NCBI GenBank assembly: GCA_003173855.1
Contig: PPGI01000010.1
Span: 1 to 60,303 of the forward strand
Length of the DNA stretch: 60,303 nucleotides
DNA from: Candidatus Zambryskiibacteriota bacterium
GTDB lineage: Bacteria; Patescibacteriota; Minisyncoccia; Phycocordibacterales; DATDWN01
Direction: 5' to 3'
Part shown: piece by piece, positions 38,552 through 48,542 of the stretch
How the letters are laid out: the number at the start of each line of letters is the position of its first letter
Position numbering within the stretch: position 1 is the stretch's first letter
The notes under the pieces: generated by a model
The model's input: the letters and a program-made list of their open reading frames with translations, nothing else
Told to the model about the DNA's origin: nothing
Databases searched by the model: none
Position numbers and translations under genes: made by a program

Positions 38552-38639
38552 CACGTAGTGAGCCTACACTGTCAGGCTGCCTGAGAGGTGAGGTCGGGAT
38601 TGGGAAAACCGTGGGTTTCCCAGGTGACAAGGTGGCTCA
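38536..38639 (+). repeat. tRNA-Thr 3'-end inverted and direct duplication element
   Basis: gcctgacag..gctcac-gta-gtgagc..ctgtcaggc hairpin; tgacaaggtggctca at 38625-38639 repeats tgacaggtggctca. Confidence 0.75.
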
Positions 38640-38640
38640 A

Positions 38641-39339
38641 TTATTTCTTCGTGCTTGTGGCATTCGCAGATTCAGCCTTTGCTTTCATTTGAGCCAACTC
38701 TGGAATATTTTTAACTAAATCATCGATAGATTGGAAACCGTAAAATATCTTGTCTTTATAAATAATTGCCGGAAGATTTCTTGTAATTTTATTTGTTGCT
38801 ATCAAAGTATTTACTGCTGAAATGCCAATATTGTAATCGAAAGAATAAATTCGAAATTCTGGATAAGTTTGGCGCAGACTTGTTAGAACGTATCCTTCTC
38901 TCGTACAATCTGCACAATTATTGTCATCAGAATAGAAATAAATTATCGAAAGCGCAGTTTTATGGCATTTGTCAGCAATTTTATTCATCAAAAGATAGTC
39001 TTTAATTTCAAGCAAAGAATAGTACTGTTTTAAAGTTCGAACTTCCGGATCATTTACACCGCGCTGGTCTTCTGTATAAGCGAGCTTATCCTCAAGAGTT
39101 CCAAGTTCTGTTGAAAGTGAGCTTGTAGCGGTAAAATCTTTGCAAGAAGAGTTTTCAAGAAGCGAGTATTGTGTTTCTGAACTAAGCAGGTCAATAGAAA
39201 TTTTGTCTTGAATGTTTCTAATATCATCGAGTTTTTTTTGTCCAAGATAATTTGACACGTAAATAGCAGTTGCAAAAATTATTGCAGTAATTACAAATGA
39301 ATAGATATATTTCTTAAGATCGAGTTGTCGTGGTGGCAT
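38641..39339 (-). CDS. Membrane-anchored hypothetical protein with coiled coil and CxxC (thioredoxin-like) C-terminus
   Basis: TM helix, IIYFYS..NCADC, RIYSFD, LPAIIY; directly downstream of GT2. Confidence 0.7.
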   Translation of the reverse strand: MPPRQLDLKKYIYSFVITAIIFATAIYVSNYLGQKKLDDIRNIQDKISIDLLSSETQYSLLENSSCKDFTATSSLSTELGTLEDKLAYTEDQRGVNDPEVRTLKQYYSLLEIKDYLLMNKIADKCHKTALSIIYFYSDDNNCADCTREGYVLTSLRQTYPEFRIYSFDYNIGISAVNTLIATNKITRNLPAIIYKDKIFYGFQSIDDLVKNIPELAQMKAKAESANATSTKK

Positions 39340-39358
39340 ATAGATTATTCAAAAAGTT

Positions 39359-40606
39359 TTAACGCCAGGTAGTTTTTACTGAGAAAGCAGCGTTCCACAT
39401 CGATTTTGCAATCCAAATAGGCGCGATAAATATATACAAAGTGAAGTAATAAATCAAATCCATACCAGGTTTTACGTGACCTTCTGACATTTTTCGAGAA
39501 GCCATAATCATTGAAAAAGTCCCGATAAAAGTTGCTAGAGTAATTAGTGCCATGATCTGGGTATTTATATAAAACCAATCAAAATTCCAGTGAGGAAGGA
39601 GTGTCGCCCAACCCACAGTTTCCAGTCGAACATAAAGTTTAGAAATATTATTTGCAAAATTAAATATTGAAATACTTGCTACAGAAATTATTGAAATAAC
39701 TGAAATTCCCGCCATAGGTAGAACAAACAATCCTAGATTTCCATATTTTCGATTGAAAAACATATTTCGATAATCAATTGCATTCTTGATAAAGCCATAT
39801 GACCATCGAATACGTTGTCGCAGAAGTTTTTTAATAGTTTTTGGCGGTACTGTATAAACGATTGCGCTATGAGCATGAGCAATTTTGTAGCCATTTTTTT
39901 GCATGCGAAGAGCAATTTCAATATCCTCTGTATTGTGAGCGTGTCTGTAACCTCCTAAATTTTCGAAAACTTCCTTCCTGAAAATAGAGAATGGTCCGGG
40001 AGTAATATAAACTGCCTGCATGTAGTGGAACATTTTGCGAGTAAAGATTCCAAATCCATATTCCACTTTTTGCAAAAGTTCCAAAAAATTTTTTGGTTTC
40101 CAGAGTTTAACTGACGGAGCAACTGCCATAATTTCTTTATTTTGAAAGTAAACAACAATTCGTTTCAGGGCCTCTTTATCAACGTAAGAATCTGCATCAA
40201 GACAGCCAACTAAATCAGTTTCTATTTTTCCTAGTCCAAAGTTAAGAGCTGTAAATTTTCCTCCGTTTTCTTTGCTAAATACTCGGATTTGCGGATGATT
40301 TTCAAATTTTTGGATTTTTTCCCAAGTTTTGTCAGTAGATCCATCATTAACTATTAAAATTTTGAGCTTATCTTTTGGATAGTCAAGATCTAGAAGCGAG
40401 TGGACTGTCTTTGAAACCGTATTTTCCTCGTTCCAGCAGGGTACGATTATTGAGACACTTGGGTAAGTTTTGACCCCAAGCTCGATTAACCGGTCCTCCT
40501 CTTTCATGTAAAAGCGGCTTTCAATATAAGTTATTAATAAAAGGATCTCGAAGTTAAGCGAGGCGAAGAGAAAGAAGTAAGTTATTATGTTGGTAACGCT
40601 TACCAT
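39359..40606 (-). CDS. Processive GT2 glycosyltransferase (PgaC/IcaA-like)
   Basis: IIVPCWNEE, VNDGSTD, NGGK..ALN, LDADS, TPGPFSIFR, TEDIE, RQRIRW. Confidence 0.92.
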   Translation of the reverse strand: MVSVTNIITYFFLFASLNFEILLLITYIESRFYMKEEDRLIELGVKTYPSVSIIVPCWNEENTVSKTVHSLLDLDYPKDKLKILIVNDGSTDKTWEKIQKFENHPQIRVFSKENGGKFTALNFGLGKIETDLVGCLDADSYVDKEALKRIVVYFQNKEIMAVAPSVKLWKPKNFLELLQKVEYGFGIFTRKMFHYMQAVYITPGPFSIFRKEVFENLGGYRHAHNTEDIEIALRMQKNGYKIAHAHSAIVYTVPPKTIKKLLRQRIRWSYGFIKNAIDYRNMFFNRKYGNLGLFVLPMAGISVISIISVASISIFNFANNISKLYVRLETVGWATLLPHWNFDWFYINTQIMALITLATFIGTFSMIMASRKMSEGHVKPGMDLIYYFTLYIFIAPIWIAKSMWNAAFSVKTTWR

Positions 40607-40700
40607 GAATATTAAAACGCAATGAAAATAGTACCTTTTTTATTCACTTTTTACAACTTTTTAGCTATACTAGCTAAATAATTATAGTAATACGAATATT

Positions 40701-41450
40701 ATGAAGATTGGCGAAATTACTCAAAACGCTTCAGGGAAACTCCACCCACTAACTCTTGTTCAAGCCAAAATTGGCGAAATTTTCACCGGTATGGGCTTTA
40801 CGATTGCCGATGGTCCAGAAATTGAGACGGAATTTTACAACTTTGATGCTTTAAATATTCCAGAACATCATCCAGCACGAGATATGTGGGATACTTTTTG
40901 GCTAAAGCCACTAAATCTTCGAAAACTTTTACGCACGCACACTTCGAATGTTCAAATCCGCTATATGGAGAAAAATAAACCTCCAATAAAAATTATTGCT
41001 CCAGGAAAAGTTTATCGTCACGAAGCCACGGACGCCACTCACGAAGCCCAGTTTTATCAACTTGAATGTCTGGTTGTTGGAACAGATGTTTCTCTTGCAA
41101 ATTTGAAGTGGACGCTTGAGACATTCTTTGAAAAATTTTTTGGAAAGAAAACCACAATTCGTTTTCGTCCAAGCTTTTTCCCATTCGTTGAACCAGGACT
41201 CGAGACAGACATGTCATGCTTTAAGTGCTCTGGTATGGGTTGCTCAATCTGTAAAAATACAGGTTGGATTGAAATGGGTGGATCCGGAATGGTCCATCCG
41301 AAAGTACTTCTTAGTGTCGGAATTGATTCGAAAAAATATCGTGGGTTTGCTTTCGGTTACGGTATTGATCGTCTAGCAATGCTTAAATATGGAATTGAAG
41401 ATGTTCGTCTTTTCTATCAAGGAGATCTTCGATTAGTTTCGCAATTTTAA
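40701..41450 (+). CDS. pheS: Phenylalanine-tRNA ligase alpha subunit (N-terminally short)
   Basis: [46 protein letters not shown]. Confidence 0.96.
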   Translation: MKIGEITQNASGKLHPLTLVQAKIGEIFTGMGFTIADGPEIETEFYNFDALNIPEHHPARDMWDTFWLKPLNLRKLLRTHTSNVQIRYMEKNKPPIKIIAPGKVYRHEATDATHEAQFYQLECLVVGTDVSLANLKWTLETFFEKFFGKKTTIRFRPSFFPFVEPGLETDMSCFKCSGMGCSICKNTGWIEMGGSGMVHPKVLLSVGIDSKKYRGFAFGYGIDRLAMLKYGIEDVRLFYQGDLRLVSQF

Positions 41451-43354
41451 TGAAAATATCGTACAAATGGTTAAAAGAATATATCGTTGAACCTTTGCCG
41501 CCAATAAATAAGTTGGTCGACAATTTAACAATGCACTCGTTTGAAATTGAAAGTGTTGAAGAGCAAGGTGATGACAAAATTCTAGATGTGAAAGTTCTTC
41601 CAAATCGTGCACACGATTGCCTTTGTCATTATGGGGTTGCTCTTGAAGCGGCAGCTTTAACTGGATTGACTCCGCGCTGGACGCTTCCTCACCAGCCATT
41701 TTCTCCATTTGATGGAATCGAGTTAAATATTGATACAAAAAAATGTAAACGTGCGGTAATGGTCCACATTAAAGATTTGAAAGTCGGTCGAAGTCCAGCG
41801 TGGCTTAAAGAAAAAATAGCAATATACGGACTAAAAAGTATAAATTCTGTTGTCGATCTTACAAATTATTTGATGTATGCCTATGGACAGCCGATGCATG
41901 CTTTTGATGCTGAAAAAATTTCAAAAAATGCAAGTGGCCAATTTGAAATCACAATTCGCAATGCCGAGCCGGGCGAAAAAATTACATTACTTAATAAAAA
42001 AGAATACGCACTTGATCCTTCAATGACGGTTATTGCGGATTCAAAGAACGCACTTGATGTAGCAGGTGTAATGGGAGGACTTTCTTCGGGTGTTACAACA
42101 TCAACAAAAGAAATTATTCTTTCACTTTCGAATTTCAACGCAGTATCGATTCGAAAAACTGCAAAAGCTTTAGGAATTAGGACTGATGCCTCAACACGCT
42201 TTGAAAACGAAATTTCAGAGAGTTTGATTGATCGATCACTTCCGTTTGCACTTAAAATGATTAGTGAAATCGCAAAAGGAAAATTTGTCGGTGGTGTTGA
42301 TATAAATCAAGATCCACAAAAAGAAATAATAGTTCCAACTTCAGTTAGTCAAATAAATAACATTCTAGGTTTAGATTTAAAAAGAGAAGCAATTGTTGGA
42401 ATACTTGGAAAACAGAGATTAATTTCAGATAAAAAAGGTGACGATTTAGAAATCAAAATTCCTCCTGAGAGGCTCGATCTTACTATTCCAGAAGATATTG
42501 CTGAAGAAGTCGGCAGACTTTATGGTTTCGATCAGATCCAATCTTCTGAGCTTAATGTTTTGCAGACCGTGATGGTCAATCGAGAAAATTATTTTTCTTA
42601 TTTCTTGCGAGAATTATTAATAAAGCAAGGATTTTCTGAAGTTTATACTTATGGATTTACCGATAGTGGGGAAGTTGAAATTGAAAATCCTTTAGCTTCT
42701 GACAAAAAATTTGTACGAGCAGATTTAAGGGAAGGTATGGAAGCGTCGCTTGTATTCAATTTTAAATATATAGATTTCTTGGGTCTTAAGGAAATTAAAA
42801 TATTTGAAATTGGAAAAGTCTTTAAAAAATCTGGAGAAGTCTTGCATTTGTCTTTAGGCACAAAGTTTCCTAAAAGCAAAAATAAACATCAAGATGATGA
42901 GGAAGTCGCACGTATCATTCGTTTGATTGACGAAACTTTCGGAGCCCCACTCAAAGGGATTTCAATCGTAGGCGGTGTAGCGGAAATTGATTTTCAAAAA
43001 ATTATTTCCGAGACCAAACTTAAACCCGATCTCAAAAATTTGCCAAAAAGCGAAACGAAAAAAATCGATTACAAACCAATTTCTCCATATCCATTTGCTA
43101 TTCGTGATGTGGCTGTTTTCGTTCCAAAAGAAACTTCAAAATCTCAAATTAAAACTATTATTGAAAAACACTTAACTTCAATTGTGCATAGCTTCTCGCT
43201 TTTTGATGTTTTTGAAAAAGAAGACAAAACCTCATACGCTTGGCGTCTTGTTTTTCAGTCTCAAGAAAAAACTTTAACTGATGAGGAAATAAATTCTGTT
43301 ATGGACTCGATTTACGAAGATCTGAAATCTCAAAAAGATTTTGAAATACGATAA
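41450..43354 (+). CDS. pheT: Phenylalanine-tRNA ligase beta subunit (no B2 domain)
   Basis: [49 protein letters not shown]-terminal FDX-ACB. Confidence 0.95.
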   Translation: MKISYKWLKEYIVEPLPPINKLVDNLTMHSFEIESVEEQGDDKILDVKVLPNRAHDCLCHYGVALEAAALTGLTPRWTLPHQPFSPFDGIELNIDTKKCKRAVMVHIKDLKVGRSPAWLKEKIAIYGLKSINSVVDLTNYLMYAYGQPMHAFDAEKISKNASGQFEITIRNAEPGEKITLLNKKEYALDPSMTVIADSKNALDVAGVMGGLSSGVTTSTKEIILSLSNFNAVSIRKTAKALGIRTDASTRFENEISESLIDRSLPFALKMISEIAKGKFVGGVDINQDPQKEIIVPTSVSQINNILGLDLKREAIVGILGKQRLISDKKGDDLEIKIPPERLDLTIPEDIAEEVGRLYGFDQIQSSELNVLQTVMVNRENYFSYFLRELLIKQGFSEVYTYGFTDSGEVEIENPLASDKKFVRADLREGMEASLVFNFKYIDFLGLKEIKIFEIGKVFKKSGEVLHLSLGTKFPKSKNKHQDDEEVARIIRLIDETFGAPLKGISIVGGVAEIDFQKIISETKLKPDLKNLPKSETKKIDYKPISPYPFAIRDVAVFVPKETSKSQIKTIIEKHLTSIVHSFSLFDVFEKEDKTSYAWRLVFQSQEKTLTDEEINSVMDSIYEDLKSQKDFEIR

Positions 43355-43377
43355 AAGGCGCATCTCGCTGCGCCTTT
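43354..43377. terminator. Bidirectional terminator between convergent genes
   Basis: AAAGGCGCA-TCTCGC-TGCGCCTTT. Confidence 0.7.
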
Positions 43378-43398
43378 AGATGAACCTGTTTGTTTGGA

Positions 43399-43628
43399 TT
43401 AACCCCATTGTCTGGTATGGCCACAGACTTTGCATTTCCAGTAATTTCCACCAACCAATGTGTGCTCAGTGACCTTGAGCATTTCAGTGACTGTTTTTCG
43501 CACGATGCTCATTTGTCCTCACTCATATTGGGTGTTGACATTCCCTTTTCGCGATCATATGCGGAGTACAATTTATTGCACTTTGATCCTTCACAGCAAA
43601 GTTGCACGACTTTTAGAGTTTGGTCCAT
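43399..43628 (-). pseudogene. Small Cys/His-rich protein split into 39-aa and 37-aa ATGA-overlapping ORFs (not in ORF track)
   Basis: ggagg SD; MDQTLKVVQLCCEGSKCN..SEDK* (43509-43628) and MSIVR..HTLVGGNYWKCKVCGHTRQWG* (43399-43512). Confidence 0.55.
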
Positions 43629-43689
43629 GCACCCTCCAATTTTCTTGTAGAAATATATGATTTTCATGTAATTTGTCAAATAAACAAAA

Positions 43690-43740
43690 ACCCCGAACAG
43701 AGGTCGTACAAATTTTCTGTACGAGGTTTCTGTTCGGGAT
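43690..43740. repeat. Long hairpin with gtac core
   Basis: CCCGAACAGA-GGTCGTACA-AATTTTC-TGTACGAGGTT-TCTGTTCGGG. Confidence 0.65.
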
Positions 43741-43748
43741 ATTTCACC

Positions 43749-44054
43749 CTACTTCAACCATGGACTGTTTTCGCCTTCTTTCCAAAAACTGTGGTCAAAG
43801 TCGGATACTCCCAAATTTTCCACGTCCGGATCATCCAAATCGAGCCAAACGTGGAGCATTTCATCTGCTTCAACCCACATTACGTCTTGAACTACGAAAT
43901 TACCATGTTTTTTGTACCTAGAGTCACCACTTGCACCCAAGAGTGCGAATTGGAACGTCATCTTTTCGCTGGGTAGAAAGGAAAGTTCAAGTTCTCTCCA
44001 GAGCCAAACTTCACCAATCTCCTTGTCTAGCCTGACATCTATGATCACTTTCAT
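43749..44054 (-). CDS. Hypothetical protein (orphan)
   Basis: SD gaggtg, upstream TTGACA, acidic globular 101 aa, followed by hairpin. Confidence 0.6.
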   Translation of the reverse strand: MKVIIDVRLDKEIGEVWLWRELELSFLPSEKMTFQFALLGASGDSRYKKHGNFVVQDVMWVEADEMLHVWLDLDDPDVENLGVSDFDHSFWKEGENSPWLK

Positions 44055-44174
44055 TCAGCACCTCTTGTAAAATAATATAATATTCCTTAAAAATGTCAAG
44101 GTATTTTAGACCACAAAATTAGCTGAATTTCTCTTGTGAAGAGAGCCTGAATTTGCTATAATTTAATCAACAAA

Positions 44175-46235
44175 ATGGCTGAAAAAACCGCTAAAAATAA
44201 AGCTTACAGCGCAGAATCGATCCAGGTGCTTGAAGGACTAGAACCTGTAAGAAAACGACCAGGAATGTACATTGGAACAACTGGTACTGATGGACTCCAC
44301 CATTTGATCTGGGAAATTTTTGACAACGCTCGTGATGAAGCAATGGGAGGCTTTGCAAATGATATCGAAGTAACACTTCTCCCTGGTAATCGTGTGCGAG
44401 TAACTGACAACGGACGAGGCATCCCGGTTGATATTCATAAGCAAACAAAAGTTTCTGCGCTAGAAACTATTATGACAACACTTCATGCCGGAGGAAAATT
44501 CGGCGGGGAAGATGGAGGGTACAAAGTTTCTGGAGGTTTGCATGGAGTCGGTGCGTCTGTTGTGAATGCACTTTCAAGCTACTGTAAAGTAACAGTTCAC
44601 AAAGATGGCGGTGAATATGTTCAGGAATACTCTCAAGGCAAGAAAAAAGCCGCTGTTAAAAAAATTGGTTCTACAAAACTATCAGGAACAATTGTTGTCT
44701 TTGAACCAGACAAAGCAATTTTCCCAATCATTGATTTCTCATTTAAACGAGTGGTTGATCATTTGCGTCAACAAGCATATTTGGTCAAAGGTCTTCGCAT
44801 CACTGTAATCGATGCTTCAAAATACGAAGGAAAAATAAAAGAAGAGGATGTTTTTAAAATTTCTGAACTTGGACTTGAGATTCCATCGATGTCATTTTAT
44901 TTTGAAGGCGGTTTGCTTAGCTTAGTGAAGTTTTACAATAGTCCACTTAAACCAATTCACAAAAATATTTTCTATGTTGAGAAAAAAATTAACGAGTATG
45001 AATCAGTGGAAGTGTCACTTCAATATGTTGACGATATTTCTGCTCGAATTTTGGCTTTTGCAAACAACATCCATACTCCAGAAGGAGGTACGCACTTAAC
45101 TGGTTTTAAAACAGCTCTCACTCGAACACTAAACACGTACGGAAGGAAAAATAATTTAATTAAAGAATCAGAAGACAATTTCACCGGTGAGGATGTTTTG
45201 GAAGGTTTAACTGCTGTTATTTCCGTAAAACTTCGAGAAATTCAATTTGAAGGTCAGACAAAAGGCAAACTTGGTACTGTTGAAGCCCAGGGAACAGTAA
45301 ATACAGTTTTCTCTGAAGCATTCACATATTTTCTTGAAGAAAATCCAGACGATGCAAGGGCTATCATAAACAAAGTAGTTCTTGCACTCAAAGCTCGCAA
45401 GGCGGCCAAAGCTGCAAAGGATTCAGTGTTACGAAAAGGAGCACTTGAGGGCATGACACTTCCAGGAAAACTTGCTGATTGTCAGTCAAAGTCAGCTGAA
45501 GATTCAGAACTGTTTATTGTGGAGGGAGATTCTGCTGGTGGAACTGCAAAAACTGGAAGAGATCGACGAACACAAGCGATATTGCCGCTTCGAGGAAAAA
45601 TTCTAAACATTGAACGAGCTCGACTTGATCGAATGCTTGAATCAGAACAAATTAAAAATCTTGTCATTGCATTGGGAACTGCAATAGGAGATACATTTGA
45701 TATTTCAAAACTTCGCTATCACAAAATTATTATTGCAACAGATGCTGACGTTGACGGTGCTCACATACGAACTTTGATTCTAACTTTGCTTTACAGATTC
45801 TTTAGACCTTTGATTGATGGTGGATATATTTACATTGCTCAACCACCACTTTATAAAATCAAAAAGGGAAAAGAAATTCACTACGCATATTCAGATGATG
45901 AGAAAGCAAAAGTTGTAGGAAAAGACGAAGTTGAGGAAGCTACAGAACCACAGCCAGAGGAAGAAGTTGCCGAAGTTGAAGAAGCTGAAAAAGATGAGAA
46001 AAAAACAACGAAGAAATCAAAAGTTTCAATCCAGCGCTACAAAGGTTTGGGTGAAATGAATGCTGAAGAACTTTGGGAGACAACTATGGATCCAGAGAGA
46101 CGAATCCTAAAACAAGTAACAATCGAAGATGGAGTGGCTGCTGATAAAGTCTTCGATATCTTAATGGGAACTGACGTCCCAGCCAGAAAATCTTTTATTC
46201 AAAGCAATGCAACCAAAGCAAATTTGGATGTATAA
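44175..46235 (+). CDS. gyrB: DNA gyrase subunit B
   Basis: LEGLEPVRKRPGMYIG, SGGLHGVGASVVNALS, VEGDSAGG, LPLRGK, TDADVDG, QRYKGLGEM. Confidence 0.97.
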   Translation: MAEKTAKNKAYSAESIQVLEGLEPVRKRPGMYIGTTGTDGLHHLIWEIFDNARDEAMGGFANDIEVTLLPGNRVRVTDNGRGIPVDIHKQTKVSALETIMTTLHAGGKFGGEDGGYKVSGGLHGVGASVVNALSSYCKVTVHKDGGEYVQEYSQGKKKAAVKKIGSTKLSGTIVVFEPDKAIFPIIDFSFKRVVDHLRQQAYLVKGLRITVIDASKYEGKIKEEDVFKISELGLEIPSMSFYFEGGLLSLVKFYNSPLKPIHKNIFYVEKKINEYESVEVSLQYVDDISARILAFANNIHTPEGGTHLTGFKTALTRTLNTYGRKNNLIKESEDNFTGEDVLEGLTAVISVKLREIQFEGQTKGKLGTVEAQGTVNTVFSEAFTYFLEENPDDARAIINKVVLALKARKAAKAAKDSVLRKGALEGMTLPGKLADCQSKSAEDSELFIVEGDSAGGTAKTGRDRRTQAILPLRGKILNIERARLDRMLESEQIKNLVIALGTAIGDTFDISKLRYHKIIIATDADVDGAHIRTLILTLLYRFFRPLIDGGYIYIAQPPLYKIKKGKEIHYAYSDDEKAKVVGKDEVEEATEPQPEEEVAEVEEAEKDEKKTTKKSKVSIQRYKGLGEMNAEELWETTMDPERRILKQVTIEDGVAADKVFDILMGTDVPARKSFIQSNATKANLDV

Positions 46236-46722
46236 GAGAATTCTTATCGTTGGAGATTCAGGTAGAGGTAAGTCTACTTTTGCAAAGATATTATCTGAAA
46301 AGTTGAAAATTCCATTTTATTCAACTGATGATTATTTTTGGAAGTTAAAATACACAGTACCTAATGATAGAGAACAAAGTGTAATTGAAATAAATAAATT
46401 ATATGAACAAGGCAATTGGATAGTAGAAGGTTCTACAAGGCGACTAATTTTAAATGGGCTAGAAAAATCAGATATTATATTTTATTTAAAATTCAGGAAT
46501 ATTTTATTTCAACACCTTTCAATCATAAAGAGAAATTTACTAGCAAAAGATGAAAAATTCAGTGATTTATACCGATTATTGAAACATACAACATATAAAA
46601 AATATAAAAAGGGATATGGTGCACACCTTCCACCGCTTGATGAATTAATTGTTCCTCATATGGACAAAACTAAAGTTCTCCATTCTTACAAAGAAATAAA
46701 TAAATTTTTAGATTCTATTTAG
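46228..46722 (+). CDS. P-loop kinase (FlaR/adenylate-kinase-like)
   Basis: RILIVGDSGRGKST, STDDYFW, WIVEG; overlaps the gyrB stop; more AT-rich. Confidence 0.75.
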   Translation: MYKRILIVGDSGRGKSTFAKILSEKLKIPFYSTDDYFWKLKYTVPNDREQSVIEINKLYEQGNWIVEGSTRRLILNGLEKSDIIFYLKFRNILFQHLSIIKRNLLAKDEKFSDLYRLLKHTTYKKYKKGYGAHLPPLDELIVPHMDKTKVLHSYKEINKFLDSI

Positions 46723-46966
46723 TTTCCTCCTTCTTTTCGGAATATTCGGATTTAGGGATATCGTGAACTCGAGGTTTTTGAGGAACAATTGCGACAGCGA
46801 TAAGATAGGCGATTATAGCTGGGAAAACTCCAGTAGCGATAGTGATTAACACATAAGCAAGTCGGAGAACTGTGGCATCAATGTCCAAATATTCTCCAAC
46901 TCCACCGATTACTCCTGAAAAAACTTGGTTTGTATCACTTTTATATAATTTTTTTGTTGTATTCAT
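46715..46966 (-). CDS. PspC-domain protein
   Basis: KKLYKS..N.VFSGVIGGVGEYLDID.TVLRL, AYLI. Confidence 0.9.
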   Translation of the reverse strand: MNTTKKLYKSDTNQVFSGVIGGVGEYLDIDATVLRLAYVLITIATGVFPAIIAYLIAVAIVPQKPRVHDIPKSEYSEKKEETK

Positions 46967-47007
46967 ATAATTAATATTTTTTATACTTCGATATATCGCA
47001 GTGGTTA

Positions 47008-48252
47008 CTATTTCTTGTTTTTAATTTCGTTTAATAATTTTTGAATTACTTCTTCTTGATTTAGCTGACCTAGCTGACCTTTGTCTCGAGATTCAAGTGT
47101 AACTTTGCCTGATTCAATGTCTTTATCACCAATTACAACCCAGTACGGAACTTTATTTGTCTTAGCATCACGAACTTTTGATCCCATGTTCGCATCTTCT
47201 GTATCAATTTCTGCTCGGATCTCGTTTTCAATAAGTAAATCATAAAACTTTTGTGAAGCATCGTTGTGGTTTGTTCGAACTGGAATGACTTTGACTTGAA
47301 CAGGAGAAAGCCAAAGAGGGAAATTACCCTCATATTTTTCAATAAGAAATGCCATGATGCGCTCGATTGCACCAATTGATGAGCGGTGAATGACAGCTTT
47401 GATTAATTTATCCTTGCCATCTTTATCAGTGTAAGAAAGTTCAAATCGTCCAGGTGCAAGAAAATCGTATTGAACTGTAAAAGCTGTATTTTCAAGTCCG
47501 CGAACATCTTTCATTTGAACATCGATTTTTGGACCGTAAAATGCAGCTTCGTCTTTGGCTTCTTCAAATTTTACATCTTGGTTTTTTAGGACATCACGAA
47601 GAACTTCTTCGGCTGCGTCCCAAGATTTGTCGTCTTTAAAATATTTTTCATTGTTATCACGATCACCAAGAGAAAGTCTGTACCAAAAATCTTCTCCTTT
47701 TTTAAGTCCAAAAACTCCACAGACATAAGTGATTAAATCTAGAGCTTTTTTGACTTCTTCTTTTGCTTGATCATTATCTGTTACAAGAATGTGAGCGTCG
47801 GCAAGGCAAAATGATCTAACCCTAACAAGGCCTGTTAAATTTCCTGAAGCTTCGTATCGATAGAGTTTTGCCATTTCAGCGATTCGCACAGGAAAATCTC
47901 GATAAGAATGTGGTTTTGATAAATAGAGTTCGTAATGATGCGGACAAGTCATTGGGCGAAGCATGAATTCCTCGTCATCAATTGTTATCGGAGCATACAT
48001 TGTGTCTTTGTAATACGGATAGTGACCGGACTTTTTATACAAATCGAGTTTGGCAATATCAGGAGTCGATACATGTTTGTATCCACGCTTTATTTCTTCA
48101 TCAACAATAAATCTCTCAAGTTCACGACGAATTGCTGCACCTTTTTCGGTGTAAAGTGGAAGACCTTTTCCAACGACATCTGAAAAGGTAAATAGATCGA
48201 GTTCTTTGCCCAGCACTCGATGATCGTTTTTGTCCATTTCGTTCTCTGCCAT
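47008..48252 (-). CDS. thrS: Threonine-tRNA ligase lacking N-terminal TGS/editing domains
   Basis: DHR.LGKELDLF, RPMTCPHH, YRYEASG.L.GL.RVR, AAFYGPKID, IHRSSIGAIER, PLWLSPVQ. Confidence 0.95.
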   Translation of the reverse strand: MAENEMDKNDHRVLGKELDLFTFSDVVGKGLPLYTEKGAAIRRELERFIVDEEIKRGYKHVSTPDIAKLDLYKKSGHYPYYKDTMYAPITIDDEEFMLRPMTCPHHYELYLSKPHSYRDFPVRIAEMAKLYRYEASGNLTGLVRVRSFCLADAHILVTDNDQAKEEVKKALDLITYVCGVFGLKKGEDFWYRLSLGDRDNNEKYFKDDKSWDAAEEVLRDVLKNQDVKFEEAKDEAAFYGPKIDVQMKDVRGLENTAFTVQYDFLAPGRFELSYTDKDGKDKLIKAVIHRSSIGAIERIMAFLIEKYEGNFPLWLSPVQVKVIPVRTNHNDASQKFYDLLIENEIRAEIDTEDANMGSKVRDAKTNKVPYWVVIGDKDIESGKVTLESRDKGQLGQLNQEEVIQKLLNEIKNKK

Positions 48253-48305
48253 GAAATTAGCATAGCATGTTTTCATATTTGTGATAATGTTTTCGCAGAG
48301 GGTAT

Positions 48306-48467
48306 ATGAGAGAGCCAAGTTTGGAAGAATCGGTAAGAAGAAGCGAACTTTTTCAGCTCATAAAAGAGAAAATAAAGAAAGGAGAAATGGAACTTATTCA
48401 CTTAGAGTGGTTTACAAAACTTACTCCAAAAGAGCTCAACTTTTTCTTAATAAACTGGAAGAAATAA
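48306..48467 (+). CDS. 53-aa hypothetical protein (not in ORF track)
   Basis: SD gaggg; MREPSLEESVRR..INWKK; followed by AATCCGCAC/GTGCGGATT hairpin. Confidence 0.55.
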   Translation: MREPSLEESVRRSELFQLIKEKIKKGEMELIHLEWFTKLTPKELNFFLINWKK

Positions 48468-48492
48468 TCCGCACTTGTAATGAGTGCGGATT
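48466..48492 (+). terminator. Terminator-like hairpin
   Basis: AATCCGCAC-TTGTAATGA-GTGCGGATT. Confidence 0.55.
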
Positions 48493-48542
48493 CTGTTTGT
48501 AAAAGTTTTGTTTTTATTGCATAATCCGGCCAGAGGTACAAA

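Noticed and set aside
43390-43976. Plus-strand ORFs 43390-43650, 43460-43660, 43620-43976, 43673-43921
   Set aside because: No SD or motifs; they overlap better-supported minus-strand ORFs
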